From NCBI GenBank assembly GCA_963798845.1, contig CAWCUS010000005.1, forward strand, positions 256,001 through 320,000: a DNA stretch of 64,000 nt, read 5' to 3'. Under the pieces are notes generated by a model that searched no databases, was not told the DNA's origin, and was given only the letters and a program-made list of their open reading frames with translations. This document shows positions 48,513 to 58,040 of this stretch, one piece after another. The position numbers and the translations under genes were made by a program. Position 1 is the first letter of the stretch; each line of letters begins with the position of its first letter. Source of the DNA: an uncultured Gemmatimonadales bacterium (lineage in GTDB: Bacteria; Gemmatimonadota; Gemmatimonadetes; Longimicrobiales; RSA9).

Positions 48513-48561
48513 GTTCGGCGGTTTCCCGGTCCCCGGGCGCCGGGACAGCGGGAGTGAGAAC

Positions 48562-48599
48562 GGCGAAGGCCACGGGGGGACTCCCTCGTGGCCTTCACC
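48562..48599. terminator. Hairpin between convergent genes
   Basis: GAAGGCCACGGGGG-gact-CCCTCGTGGCCTTC. Confidence 0.65.
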
Positions 48600-48645
48600 C
48601 TGTTCATGTGGTGGCGTCCTGCCGGCGGGACCAACCCGCCGGGCG

Positions 48646-50097
48646 TCAGTCCAGCCGTGCGAGCGTGGTCGTGACCATGCGCCAGAAGTCGGCCACCGAG
48701 GGGATTCGCACGCGCTCGTCGGGGGAGTGCGGGAATTCGATCTGGGGGCCAATGGAGACCATGTCCATCCCGGGCACCTTCTCCCCGATGATGCCGGTCT
48801 CGAGGCCGGCGTGGATGGCCTTCATCTCCGGCTCGCGGCCCAGGTCCTCGGTGTAGACCTCCTTGACGACCTGGAGCAGGTCTGACTTGAGGTTGGGCTT
48901 CCAGCCTGGGTACGGCTGCTCCTCCTCGACCTCTGCGCCGGCCAGATGGCCGATGGCGCGGATGCGCCCGCGCAGCGCCTCCAGCTCGGTCGCGACGGAA
49001 GAGCGGCTGCTCATGAGGACGCTCACGCTGCTCGCTTCGAGGCGGACCGTGGCCAGGTTCGTGCTGGTCTCGACCAGATCGGGGATGTCGTAGCTCATGG
49101 CCATGACGCCGTGGGGAAGCGCGTCCAGGAGGTGGATGGCCTCCCAGGCGCTGGACGTGTCGAGCACGTCGGCCGGCGCATCGGCGTCCTCGACGGTCAT
49201 GGCCATGTCCGGCTCCACGGGCGCGAACTGGGTGCGGATGGCATCGAAGGCGGTCCTCGCGCGGGAGCGGAAGCCATCCGCCTCCCCGGCGGGCAGCGCC
49301 ACGGTGGCGCCGGACTCCCGCGGGATCGCGTTGTGCTTGTTCCCGCCCTCGATTCCGGCGAGGTAGAGCGTGGTTCCTCGCCCGGCTTCGCTGAGAATGC
49401 GTGCGATGAGCCGCACGGCGTTGCCGCGCTGGAGGTGGATGTCCACGCCGGAGTGGCCGCCCTTGAGGCCGCGCAGCTGGATGCGCAGCGCGGTTGCCCC
49501 CTTCGGCGTGGCGGTCCGGGCCACGGGAAGGGTGAGGTGGCTGTCGCCGCCGCCCGCGCAGCCCACGTAGATGGCGCCCTCCTCCTCGGTGTCGAGGTTG
49601 AGGAGGCGTCGCCCCTGGAGGTCGGAGGCGTCGAGCCGTGCCGCGCCGGTGAGGCCGGTCTCCTCGTCGATGGTGAAGAGGAGCTCGAGAGGCGGATGGT
49701 CCAGGTCGTCCGCCTCCATGATGGCGAGCATCGTCGCCACGCCAATGCCGTTGTCGGAGCCCAGCGTGGTCCCCTTCGCGGTGAGATAGTCTCCGTCGCG
49801 CTCCGGGATGAGCGGGTCGGTGGAGAAGTCGTGCTGCACGTCGGAGTTCTTCTCGTTGACCATGTCCAGGTGGCTCTGGAGGATGGTGACTGCGACGTCT
49901 TCCTTACCCGGCGAGCCCGGCTTTCGGACCACCACGTTGCCGGCATCGTCGGTGCGGTGCTCGAGGCCGCTCCGCTCCGCCACCTCGATGACGTACGCGC
50001 GGATCTCGTCCTCTTCCTTCGAGCCGCGGGGGATGGTCAGGATCCTGTCGAAGTGCCGCCAGAGCGCCTGCGGCTCCAGCTCGGATACGAACGTCAT
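48646..50097 (-). CDS. pepD: Aminoacyl-histidine dipeptidase (M20)
   Basis: LQSHLDMV; TTLGSDNGIG; DEETGL; NLDTEE; GGHSG; IHAGLE; HSPDE. Confidence 0.95.
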   Translation of the reverse strand: MTFVSELEPQALWRHFDRILTIPRGSKEEDEIRAYVIEVAERSGLEHRTDDAGNVVVRKPGSPGKEDVAVTILQSHLDMVNEKNSDVQHDFSTDPLIPERDGDYLTAKGTTLGSDNGIGVATMLAIMEADDLDHPPLELLFTIDEETGLTGAARLDASDLQGRRLLNLDTEEEGAIYVGCAGGGDSHLTLPVARTATPKGATALRIQLRGLKGGHSGVDIHLQRGNAVRLIARILSEAGRGTTLYLAGIEGGNKHNAIPRESGATVALPAGEADGFRSRARTAFDAIRTQFAPVEPDMAMTVEDADAPADVLDTSSAWEAIHLLDALPHGVMAMSYDIPDLVETSTNLATVRLEASSVSVLMSSRSSVATELEALRGRIRAIGHLAGAEVEEEQPYPGWKPNLKSDLLQVVKEVYTEDLGREPEMKAIHAGLETGIIGEKVPGMDMVSIGPQIEFPHSPDERVRIPSVADFWRMVTTTLARLD

Positions 50098-50189
50098 TCG
50101 GTCTCCTCCGTTCCCGGGAGGTTCAATGGACTGTTCTCCACGTGCTGATTGTACGGCGATCTGCGGCCGCGCGCGACGCCCCGGGACAC

Positions 50190-51173
50190 TCAGCGCGCCA
50201 CGCTGTCCAGGAAAGGCATTACGGCCGCGCGAAAGGCGGCGGGGCGCTCCATGAACGGGAAGTGTCCGGCACCGGGAATGACGACGACGCGCCCGTCGGC
50301 GAGGGCGCCGGCAAGGGCCCGGCCGCCGATCCCGGCTCCGGGCTCATCGCCGCCGTAGACCACGAGCGTCGGGATGAGTACCGCGCGCAGCGAGTCCACG
50401 ACATCGAACGCCACGAGGTCGGGGAGCATGAAGCCGAACTGCCGGCTCCGCTCGGCGTAGTCGGGCTCGATGCGGAAGTGGAGGCGGTCGGCGAGAGCGG
50501 GGTCGTGCAGAGAGGCGCGGAACGAGTGCCGCAGCACTGCCTCGACCGCGGCCGGCTCCCGGGCCGCGAACGCGGGGGAGGCCCGGAGCGCGCCTGCGCC
50601 GGCGGTGTCTTCCGGCGTGAGCGCGGCCGCCTCCGCTGCCTGCTCCCGCCGCCAGAGCGCGGACGATGGCGGCAGGGGATCGAGGAGGACCATGGAGCGG
50701 ACGCGGTCCGGGTGCGCGAGCGCGTACTCCATGGCCAGCAGTCCGCCCCAGGAGTGGGCGATCAGGTGGACGCGTTCGAGCCCGAGGGCGGCGCGCAGCC
50801 CTTCGATGTCCTGGACGAACGTGGCCAGCCGCACGGAAGCGCTGTCGACCCTGCCTTCCGAGCGACCGCTCAGCCGCTGGTCGTAATACACCAGCTCCAG
50901 CCGGTCCTCCAGCGGCGCGAGCCACGGGACGAGGTAGCCGTGGTCGAGGACGGGTCCGCCGTGAATCACGATGGCGGGCTCGCCGTGGCCTGCCCGGTGC
51001 ACGAAAAGGCGAGTGCCGCCGATCGGGAGGAGCGTGTCGGACGTGGAGGCGAGACCTGAGCCGCTGTCCGCGGGCCGTTCGGCGCTGCACGCCGCGAGCA
51101 GCGGCAGGGTCACGACCAGGGCGGCCACGCAGCCCCACAACGCGCTCGAACCGGGAAGGAGTGGTGTCTTCAT
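50190..51173 (-). CDS. Alpha/beta hydrolase, proline iminopeptidase-like lipoprotein
   Basis: Lipobox LAAC; HGGP; YDQRLSGRS; AHSWGG; GAGHFPF. Confidence 0.9.
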   Translation of the reverse strand: MKTPLLPGSSALWGCVAALVVTLPLLAACSAERPADSGSGLASTSDTLLPIGGTRLFVHRAGHGEPAIVIHGGPVLDHGYLVPWLAPLEDRLELVYYDQRLSGRSEGRVDSASVRLATFVQDIEGLRAALGLERVHLIAHSWGGLLAMEYALAHPDRVRSMVLLDPLPPSSALWRREQAAEAAALTPEDTAGAGALRASPAFAAREPAAVEAVLRHSFRASLHDPALADRLHFRIEPDYAERSRQFGFMLPDLVAFDVVDSLRAVLIPTLVVYGGDEPGAGIGGRALAGALADGRVVVIPGAGHFPFMERPAAFRAAVMPFLDSVAR

Positions 51174-51332
51174 GAAGCGAATATAGGAGCGGGTGGGCGG
51201 CTGCGCCGCTCCGGCGTCCGGTCAGGAACGCTCCGGCGTCCGCCCTCGCGTGGCCGTGGCCGGACCTCGGAAGTGATGGCGTCTCCTTGACATGGCCCCC
51301 CCGTTCGAATGATGTTGAGAAAGAAGAACACG

Positions 51333-51370
51333 GGGAGTCGCCGACGAAGGTGTCTCGGCGGCTCCCTTTG
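51333..51370 (+). terminator. Intrinsic terminator-like hairpin
   Basis: GGGAGTCGCCGA / TCGGCGGCTCCC followed by TTTG. Confidence 0.6.
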
Positions 51371-51410
51371 TCGTACCGCCGGCCGCGGCCGCTCGGAAGG
51401 CGACGCCACC

Positions 51411-51788
51411 ATGACCGACTTTGCCAGCGTCCCGCCCGTACGGAAAGCCATGGTCCAGCGTCTGACCGCCCGCCTGGGCGACGTGCTGGCCGAAGAGCCG
51501 GCGACGCTGGAAACGCGCCTCTCGCACCTCGACGCGTGGACGCTGGCCGCGCTCCTGCGCGTCACGCCGGTCAGGGACGGCGGTGGCCCTCCCTGGCGGC
51601 GGCGTCGGCATCTGGGGGTGGTGGGCGTGGACCATTCGCTGAATCAGCTGGTGGTAGGGGACGCTCCGTCCCGCATCAGCGCCTCGAGGTCGCTGGAAGC
51701 CGTAGACCTCGACCAGCTGGACGATGAGGATCTGATCGCCGCATCTCGCTACGTCCCGGAGACGCTCCCCGGCTATCTACTCGGCTGA
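51411..51788 (+). CDS. Hypothetical protein
   Basis: ORF filling the gap, with GAAGG upstream; no recognisable motif. Confidence 0.5.
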   Translation: MTDFASVPPVRKAMVQRLTARLGDVLAEEPATLETRLSHLDAWTLAALLRVTPVRDGGGPPWRRRRHLGVVGVDHSLNQLVVGDAPSRISASRSLEAVDLDQLDDEDLIAASRYVPETLPGYLLG

Positions 51789-51910
51789 AATAGCCGCTCT
51801 CCCCTTCCCGCTCGGGACGCGATTTGCAGGAACGCTCTCGTGCCGGGACCGTGTGTCCTTTCGAGGCACCGGCCCCGTGCATTCGAACGCCCGGAATGGA
51901 ACGGAGACGC

Positions 51911-53719
51911 ATGGCGGAGCAGGAACACGCCGACCCGGTGCTTCGCGAAGTCGTGCATGCGCTCGCCGCGGCCGACGAGCCGCAGCAGGTCGTCCGACTG
52001 ATCCTGGACGCGGCCGTGCGCTCGGTGGACGCCGACGGCGGCTATATCGAGCGCGTGGCGGAGGGCGACGAGGTGGAGGTCGTGGCAGTCCAGGGGTGGG
52101 GGGGTCCCGCCCCCGGGACGCGGGTGGCCTATCCCGGCTCGCTCACCAGGCAGGTCATCGGGACGGGTAAGCCGGAGCTCATCAGCGACATCACCCGCGA
52201 AGAGCATCCCGTGGCGCGACTCCTGTCCAATAGCTGCGGCGCCTGCGGCGCCCTGGTGGTGCCTCTTGCCTCGCATGCAGAGGCGCTGGGAGCCCTCGTG
52301 CTCCTGCGCACCCTGGAGCGCCCTGGCTTCACGGGCGAGGAGGTCTCGCGAGTGACCGTGCTCGCGGACCTGGGTTCGCTCACCTTTCGCCGCGTTCGCC
52401 TGCTGGACGACGCAGAACGCAGGGCTCGCGAGGAATCGGCGCTCCGCCACGCGGCCGCCGCAGTAGGCTCCATCTTCACCATCAGCGGAATCATCGAGGA
52501 GATCGTCCAGAGCGCGCTCATGGCCACGGACTCCGACGGGGCGCTCATGGAGCGGATCGTGAGCGACGGCGATGAAGTGGAGGTGGTCGCCGTCGCCGGA
52601 AGCCGTTCGCTCCCCCTCGGTGCGCGCGTCCAGTACGCAGGATCGCTCGCGGAGCACGTGCTGACCCGCGGCGAGCCACAGATCATCAACCTGTTGGAGG
52701 AAGAGCGCGAGCGGATCTCGCCGGACCTCCTGCGTGCGTGCCCCGACTGCTCCGGTATCGCCGTGCCGTTCAGGGATGCCACGAGTCCGATCGGCGCGCT
52801 CATCCTCCTGCGCAGTCCCGAGCTTGGCCCGTTCAGGGCCCAGGAGACGGTGCGGGCCAGGATCTTCGCCGAGCTCGCCGCGCTCGCCTTCCGCAAGGTG
52901 CAGCTGCTGGAGGAATCGGAGCGCCGGCGCACCGAGCTGGTGCGGGTCATGGAGAGCCGGTCGAAGCTGATGCGCGGGTTTTCGCACGACGTCAAGAATC
53001 CGCTGGGCGCGGCCGACGGCCATCTCCAGCTCCTCGAGGGAGGCACCCTCGGGCCGCTACAGGCGCACCAGATGCGGAGCGTCCACCGGGCGCGGGCTGC
53101 CGTGGCGGACGCCCTGCGGCTGATCGACGACCTGCTGGACCTGGCCCGGGCGGAGACGGGGGACATCAGGATCGAGCGGCAGCCGATGGATCTCGCGGCC
53201 GTGGTGAGGCAGTTGACGGAGGAGTACCGTGTGCAGGCGGAGGGGCGAGGTCTCACGCTCGCGGTTCGGCTCCAGGGCGCCGCGCGCGTGATCCGCAGCG
53301 ATCCCGGCCGCATCCGGCAGGTCCTTTCGAACCTGCTCTCCAATGCTGTCAAGTACACGCGGGATGGAGGGATCACGGTGGTCGTGGACCGGGAGTGCAA
53401 CGAAACGGACTCTCCCCCGGCCGAGGGCGCCCCGTGGGTGGCGGTCCACGTGCGCGACACCGGACCGGGGATCTCCGAGGATCACCAGGAGCGGATGTTC
53501 GAGGAGTTCCAGCGCCTCGACTCCGCGCCCCTTCAGAAGGGGGCGGGAATCGGTCTCGCCATCAGCCGACGGCTGGCCGCGGCGCTGGGAGGTCGCCTCA
53601 CGGTCCAGAGCCGCCCGGGCGAGGGAGCGACGTTCACCCTGTGGCTTCCCGGTGGCGAGAATGCGACCGAGCCCCGGGGGCCGGGCCGGACTGCCGGGCC
53701 GCCGGGAACGACGCCCTGA
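51911..53719 (+). CDS. Cytoplasmic tandem-GAF histidine kinase
   Basis: Two near-duplicate GAF repeats (GDEVEVVAV..RV.Y.GSL); FSHDVKNPL; NLLSNAVKYT; DTGPG; GAGIGL. Confidence 0.92.
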   Translation: MAEQEHADPVLREVVHALAAADEPQQVVRLILDAAVRSVDADGGYIERVAEGDEVEVVAVQGWGGPAPGTRVAYPGSLTRQVIGTGKPELISDITREEHPVARLLSNSCGACGALVVPLASHAEALGALVLLRTLERPGFTGEEVSRVTVLADLGSLTFRRVRLLDDAERRAREESALRHAAAAVGSIFTISGIIEEIVQSALMATDSDGALMERIVSDGDEVEVVAVAGSRSLPLGARVQYAGSLAEHVLTRGEPQIINLLEEERERISPDLLRACPDCSGIAVPFRDATSPIGALILLRSPELGPFRAQETVRARIFAELAALAFRKVQLLEESERRRTELVRVMESRSKLMRGFSHDVKNPLGAADGHLQLLEGGTLGPLQAHQMRSVHRARAAVADALRLIDDLLDLARAETGDIRIERQPMDLAAVVRQLTEEYRVQAEGRGLTLAVRLQGAARVIRSDPGRIRQVLSNLLSNAVKYTRDGGITVVVDRECNETDSPPAEGAPWVAVHVRDTGPGISEDHQERMFEEFQRLDSAPLQKGAGIGLAISRRLAAALGGRLTVQSRPGEGATFTLWLPGGENATEPRGPGRTAGPPGTTP

Positions 53720-55190
53720 AGCGGGCGTACGGGGCGTCGTACGCAGCCACGGCCGCCGGGTCGGGCGCCTCGACCGGGTCTTCCCGAACCGTGGCGTCCA
53801 CGGCCTGGAAAAGGTCCTCGAACGCGCCCGCGCCGACGGCGGCCAGGAGTGCGGCGCCGTAGGCCGGCCCCTCCTCGCGGCTCACGGCGGACACCGGCAT
53901 GCCGAAGACCTCGGCCTGAAGCCGCCGGACGAAGGCGCTGCGCGCGCCACCGCCCGTCAGCACGATCCGGTCGGCCGACAACCCCAGCTCACGGAGGATC
54001 TCGAGAGAGTCGCGCATGGCGAAGCAGATCCCCTCGAGCACGGCCCGCGACACGTGGCGGCGCTCGTGCGCCAGGCTGAGCCCCAGGAGCGCGCCACGAA
54101 GCCGACCGTCCCGGTGGGGCGTCCGCTCGCCCTGGAGGTAAGGGAGAAAGACCACGCCGTCGGCTCCGCGCGGGGCGAGCGCGGCTTCCTGATTGAGCGC
54201 CAGCGACGCGGCATCCGCGCCTTCGGCCCCGACGCCAGCTCCCGGGCTCGCGACCAGCCGATCGCGGTACCAGCCGAACGCGCCGCCCGCCGTGAGGACC
54301 ACCCCAATGTTGTACCACATCCCCCGGGCCACGTGGCAGAACGTGTGGACCCTGAGGGCGGGATCGACCCGCGGCTCGGCGACGGGGGCGAGCACGATCC
54401 CCGATGTTCCCCACCCCGCCACCACCTGGCCGGCGCGCACGACGCCCACACCGGCCGCACCGCACGCGTTGTCGGAGCCGCCACCCGCCACCGGCGTTCC
54501 CCGGGCGAGGCCGGTGAGGGAGGCCGCTTCCGGGGTGACCCGGCCCAGCACTTCCGACGAGCCGCCCACGGGCGGGAGCCACGACTCGGGAACGGCCGCG
54601 AGCCGCAGCATCTCCTCGCTCCAACGCAGTCGAGCCGGGTCGAAGAGGAGGGTGCCGGAAGCGTCCGATGGTTCCGTCGCAAGGTCGCCCGTCAGGCGAT
54701 AGCGGATGTAGTCCTTGGCCAGGAGCAGGGTGGCGACGCGATCGTAGGCGGCGGGCTCGTGGCGGCGGAGCCAGAGCACCTTCGGGAGCGTGAAGCCCTC
54801 AATGGCGGGATTCCGGACCAGGTCCCGGAGTTCCGACTCTCCGCCGGCGAGCTCGGTGATCTCCCGGCACTCGGCGGTGGTCCGTCCGTCACACCAGAGA
54901 AGGGCCGGGCGCACCACCTCGCCGTGCGCATCGAGGAACACGGAGGAGTGCATCTGACCGGAGATCCCAACGGCGGCGATCCTGCCCGGCGCCCTCGACA
55001 GGAGGTCTGAGATCACCGACACCGACGCGCGCCACCAGCTTGCCGGGTCCTGCTCCGCCCACCCTGGACGCGGGGTCTGGAGCGTGAGCGAGCGGTTCGC
55101 GACGGCCCTCACCTCGCCGGCCGGGGCGACCAGAACGCCCTTCACCCCGCTCGTGCCGATGTCGAGGCCGAGGAAGGACTCGGCCGTCAC
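53634..55190 (-). CDS. xylB: Xylulokinase (FGGY family)
   Basis: GLDIGTSGVK; ISGQMHS; LWCDGRT; PYLQGERTP; GGGARS; GPAYGAA; GTGA overlap with pfkA. Confidence 0.92.
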   Translation of the reverse strand: MTAESFLGLDIGTSGVKGVLVAPAGEVRAVANRSLTLQTPRPGWAEQDPASWWRASVSVISDLLSRAPGRIAAVGISGQMHSSVFLDAHGEVVRPALLWCDGRTTAECREITELAGGESELRDLVRNPAIEGFTLPKVLWLRRHEPAAYDRVATLLLAKDYIRYRLTGDLATEPSDASGTLLFDPARLRWSEEMLRLAAVPESWLPPVGGSSEVLGRVTPEAASLTGLARGTPVAGGGSDNACGAAGVGVVRAGQVVAGWGTSGIVLAPVAEPRVDPALRVHTFCHVARGMWYNIGVVLTAGGAFGWYRDRLVASPGAGVGAEGADAASLALNQEAALAPRGADGVVFLPYLQGERTPHRDGRLRGALLGLSLAHERRHVSRAVLEGICFAMRDSLEILRELGLSADRIVLTGGGARSAFVRRLQAEVFGMPVSAVSREEGPAYGAALLAAVGAGAFEDLFQAVDATVREDPVEAPDPAAVAAYDAPYARFRASFPAARQSGPAPGARSHSRHREATG

Positions 55191-56278
55191 CCCAGCGCCC
55201 GGATCAGGTCCAGCATGGGGGCGTCCAGCGTCTTCAGACCGCACACCGCCTCCTCGAGCTCGACCGTCACGACCTCCGTGCCGCGCAGCGCCACCATACG
55301 CCCCCACTCCCCCGCCATCGCCATGTCCGCCGCACGCACGCCGAAACGCGTGGCCAGCACCCGGTCGTACGGCGTCGGGCTGCCGCCCCGTTGCGTGTGC
55401 CCCAGCACCACCGTCCTCACCTCCGTGTCCACACGCTGCTCGATCTCCTCCGCCAGCCGCATGCTCGTAGCCCCCGCCTTCACCGACGAGCGACGGTCCG
55501 GCGCCGTCCCATTCCCGTTCCCATTGACCTTGCCATTGCCATTGCCGTTCGCGCTGGCGAACTGCACTCCCTCCGCCACCACCACGATGGCGAACGGCCG
55601 CCCGCGCTGCTGGCGGCTCCGGATCCGGTCACACACCTGCTCGATCTCCCACGGCACTTCCGGCACCAGGATCACGTCCGCCCCCCCGGCAATCCCGGCA
55701 TGCGCCGCGATCCACCCCGTGTGCCGCCCCATCACCTCCACAACCATCACCCGGTTGTGCGCTTCCGCTGTCGAGTGGAGACGGTCGATCGCCTCGGTCG
55801 CGATGTGCACGGCCGTGTCGTGGCCGAACGTAACATCCGTCGACCGCAGGTCGTTGTCGATGGTCTTCGGCACGCCAACCACGCGCAACCCGCGGCGCGC
55901 GAGCTCCAGCGTCGCCGACAACGTCCCGTCCCCGCCCACCACGACCAGCCCCTCGACGCCGTCCTCCGCCAGTCGCGCCATGACCCGCGCCGGCCCGTCC
56001 TCTTCCGCCATCGGGTCCGTCCGCGACGTCCCCAACATCGTCCCGCCCAGGTGCAGGATCCCCTTGACCGCCGGCCGGTCCAGCTGCACCGAGCTTCCGG
56101 CCAGCACCCCGGCCCACCCGTTCCGGTACCCGATCAGCTCCACACCCTGCTGCCCGCACCGCATTGACACCGCCCGCAGCACCGCGTTCAGACCCGGGCA
56201 GTCACCACCGCCGGTGAGAACCCCGAGTCGCCGCACCCGGGCCTCTCCCGTCGGCACGCCGTCCTGTTCCGTTGACAT
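55187..56278 (-). CDS. pfkA: 6-phosphofructokinase (PfkA family, group III-like)
   Basis: TGGGDCPGLN; GGDGT; PKTIDND; EVMGR; LGHTQRGG. Confidence 0.94.
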   Translation of the reverse strand: MSTEQDGVPTGEARVRRLGVLTGGGDCPGLNAVLRAVSMRCGQQGVELIGYRNGWAGVLAGSSVQLDRPAVKGILHLGGTMLGTSRTDPMAEEDGPARVMARLAEDGVEGLVVVGGDGTLSATLELARRGLRVVGVPKTIDNDLRSTDVTFGHDTAVHIATEAIDRLHSTAEAHNRVMVVEVMGRHTGWIAAHAGIAGGADVILVPEVPWEIEQVCDRIRSRQQRGRPFAIVVVAEGVQFASANGNGNGKVNGNGNGTAPDRRSSVKAGATSMRLAEEIEQRVDTEVRTVVLGHTQRGGSPTPYDRVLATRFGVRAADMAMAGEWGRMVALRGTEVVTVELEEAVCGLKTLDAPMLDLIRALG

Positions 56279-56304
56279 CCACTGGGACAAGATCGAACCT
56301 CCGC

Positions 56305-56327
56305 ATTTGTATTTCCGGCCAACAAAC
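56305..56327. promoter_or_regulatory. Candidate ROK operator TTTGT-N11-ACAAA
   Basis: AT-rich inverted repeat about 30 bp upstream of pfkA. Confidence 0.55.
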
Positions 56328-56375
56328 GATGCCAGCACCGGGTCTCGCGCGCAAGCCCGCGGGCAGGCGCGGGAC

Positions 56376-57590
56376 TCAGGCGAGCTCGGGGGCGGCGAAG
56401 AGCGGGGCGAGGACGAGGGCAGTGGCGCCGCGGAGTCGCTCCTCGGTGTCGGCCTTCTCGGGCCGGAGGGGCGTTTCGGCGGCGGCGGTGGTGAGGGTGC
56501 GCTCGCGGATGACGTCGCGCATGACGGGCTCGACCAGAGCCCAGGCGCCGGAGATGTCGCCGCCGACGATGATGAGGCCGGGGTTGAGGGCGTTGATGAC
56601 TGCGGCGATGCCGAGGCCGAGATATCGGGCCGTGTCGCGGAGCGCGGCGACGGCGTTGGGGTCGTCCAGGTCGGCGAGGCGGACAATGTCGCCAACGGAG
56701 AGGTCGTCGGGTGGCGGCGGGCTTCCGGTCTCGGGTGCGAGGCGCTCGAGGTAGCGGGCGATGGTGGCGCCGTCGGAGGCGTAGGCTTCCCAGCAGCCGC
56801 GGGCGCCGCAGGAGCAGAGGGGCCCATCGAAGCTGAGGGGCACGTGGCCGAACTCGCCGGCCGCGTGGCGGGACCCGCGGACGACGCGCCCGTCGACCAC
56901 GAGGCCGGTGCCGACGCCCTCGGAGACCGTGACGTAGACGAAGCTGCGGGCGTCCTCCCCGGCATTTTCTCCGAGCCAGATGCGTGCGAGGGCACAGGCG
57001 ACGGCGTCGCGCTCGATGTGGACGGGGAAGTCGAAGGCGGCCCTGAGCGGCGTGAGGAAGTCGACGTCGGTCCATCCGAGTGTGGGCGCGTTGAGCAGCC
57101 TCCCGGTCTCGCCTTCGACGACGCCGGGCACGACGATCCCGAGGCCGCGGCAGGCGCCGGTGGCGGCGTGGGCGTGGGCGAGGTCGTGCACGCGGCGGGC
57201 GATCTCGTCGATGAGGCGTTCGGGGGAATGGGGCGTGCGGAACCGCTCGCGGACGATGGCGCGGCCGGCGAAGTCGCTAACGAGGATGTGGGTGTGGCTG
57301 CGGTGGACGTCGATGCCGAAGGCGAGGCGGTCGTGGCCACGAATGTGGAGGAGCGTGGGCTTGCGTCCGCGGGGCGTGTCCGCGGTTCCGCCTTCGCCTA
57401 CCAGCCCGTCGGCGAGGAGCTCGTTGACGAGACCGGTGATCGTGCCCCGGGCGACCCCCATGGCACGCGCGAGATCGGCGCGTGAGATGGGCTGCCGCTC
57501 CCGCACCAGGTTCAGCAGGATGCGTCGGTTGACCTCGCGGGGCGTGTCCCGCGTCGCGCGGGTGAAATTGTCCGGGTCGATCTTGCGCAC
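56376..57590 (-). CDS. ROK family transcriptional repressor (XylR-like)
   Basis: HTH PISRADLARAMG; GRKP; GEFGH..CSCGARGCWEAYAS. Confidence 0.93.
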   Translation of the reverse strand: MRKIDPDNFTRATRDTPREVNRRILLNLVRERQPISRADLARAMGVARGTITGLVNELLADGLVGEGGTADTPRGRKPTLLHIRGHDRLAFGIDVHRSHTHILVSDFAGRAIVRERFRTPHSPERLIDEIARRVHDLAHAHAATGACRGLGIVVPGVVEGETGRLLNAPTLGWTDVDFLTPLRAAFDFPVHIERDAVACALARIWLGENAGEDARSFVYVTVSEGVGTGLVVDGRVVRGSRHAAGEFGHVPLSFDGPLCSCGARGCWEAYASDGATIARYLERLAPETGSPPPPDDLSVGDIVRLADLDDPNAVAALRDTARYLGLGIAAVINALNPGLIIVGGDISGAWALVEPVMRDVIRERTLTTAAAETPLRPEKADTEERLRGATALVLAPLFAAPELA

Positions 57591-57990
57591 GTATGGATGC
57601 CGTTGCCGGTGAAGCAGGCGCCCGCGCTCGCCGGCGCGGCGCCGGAGACAAGTTCGTGAAACGACGATCCGCGCGCCACTCGGGCGCCTGCGTCGGCGCG
57701 TCGGGGGCCGGACCACGGGGAGGGCGTCATTCTGCGAGCCGATTCGCCGCACCGGCGCCGGCGCCGCCCCGTCGCATCAGGGCCAGGCCGATTCCCTACA
57801 TTTTTCCTCCGTGGCGGCAATGATGTACGGGATCGTGGCGGTATCCTCACCGGCGCAGCACACCTCAACTCGTTGTCGTGCAGCGCGTTTCCAGACGTTC
57901 ACGATCGTGGCCCCGCGCTTGCCTTCGTCCGTGCACAACAGGAGCACGGGGCGGCGGGATAACCGGGGAGAGCGTCCCGTGCAACAGGAA

Positions 57991-58020
57991 GGGGGAGAGG
58001 CTGATGATGGCCGCTCCCCC
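57991..58020. terminator. Hairpin downstream of the molybdoenzyme gene
   Basis: GGGGGAG...CTCCCCC flanked by short A/T runs. Confidence 0.5.
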
Positions 58021-58040
58021 TTTCTGTGTCGACCTCGTGG

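Noticed and set aside
57778..57948. Possible 56-codon minus-strand ORF in the ROK upstream region
   Set aside because: No SD, atypical codon usage and no motif; more likely promoter DNA.
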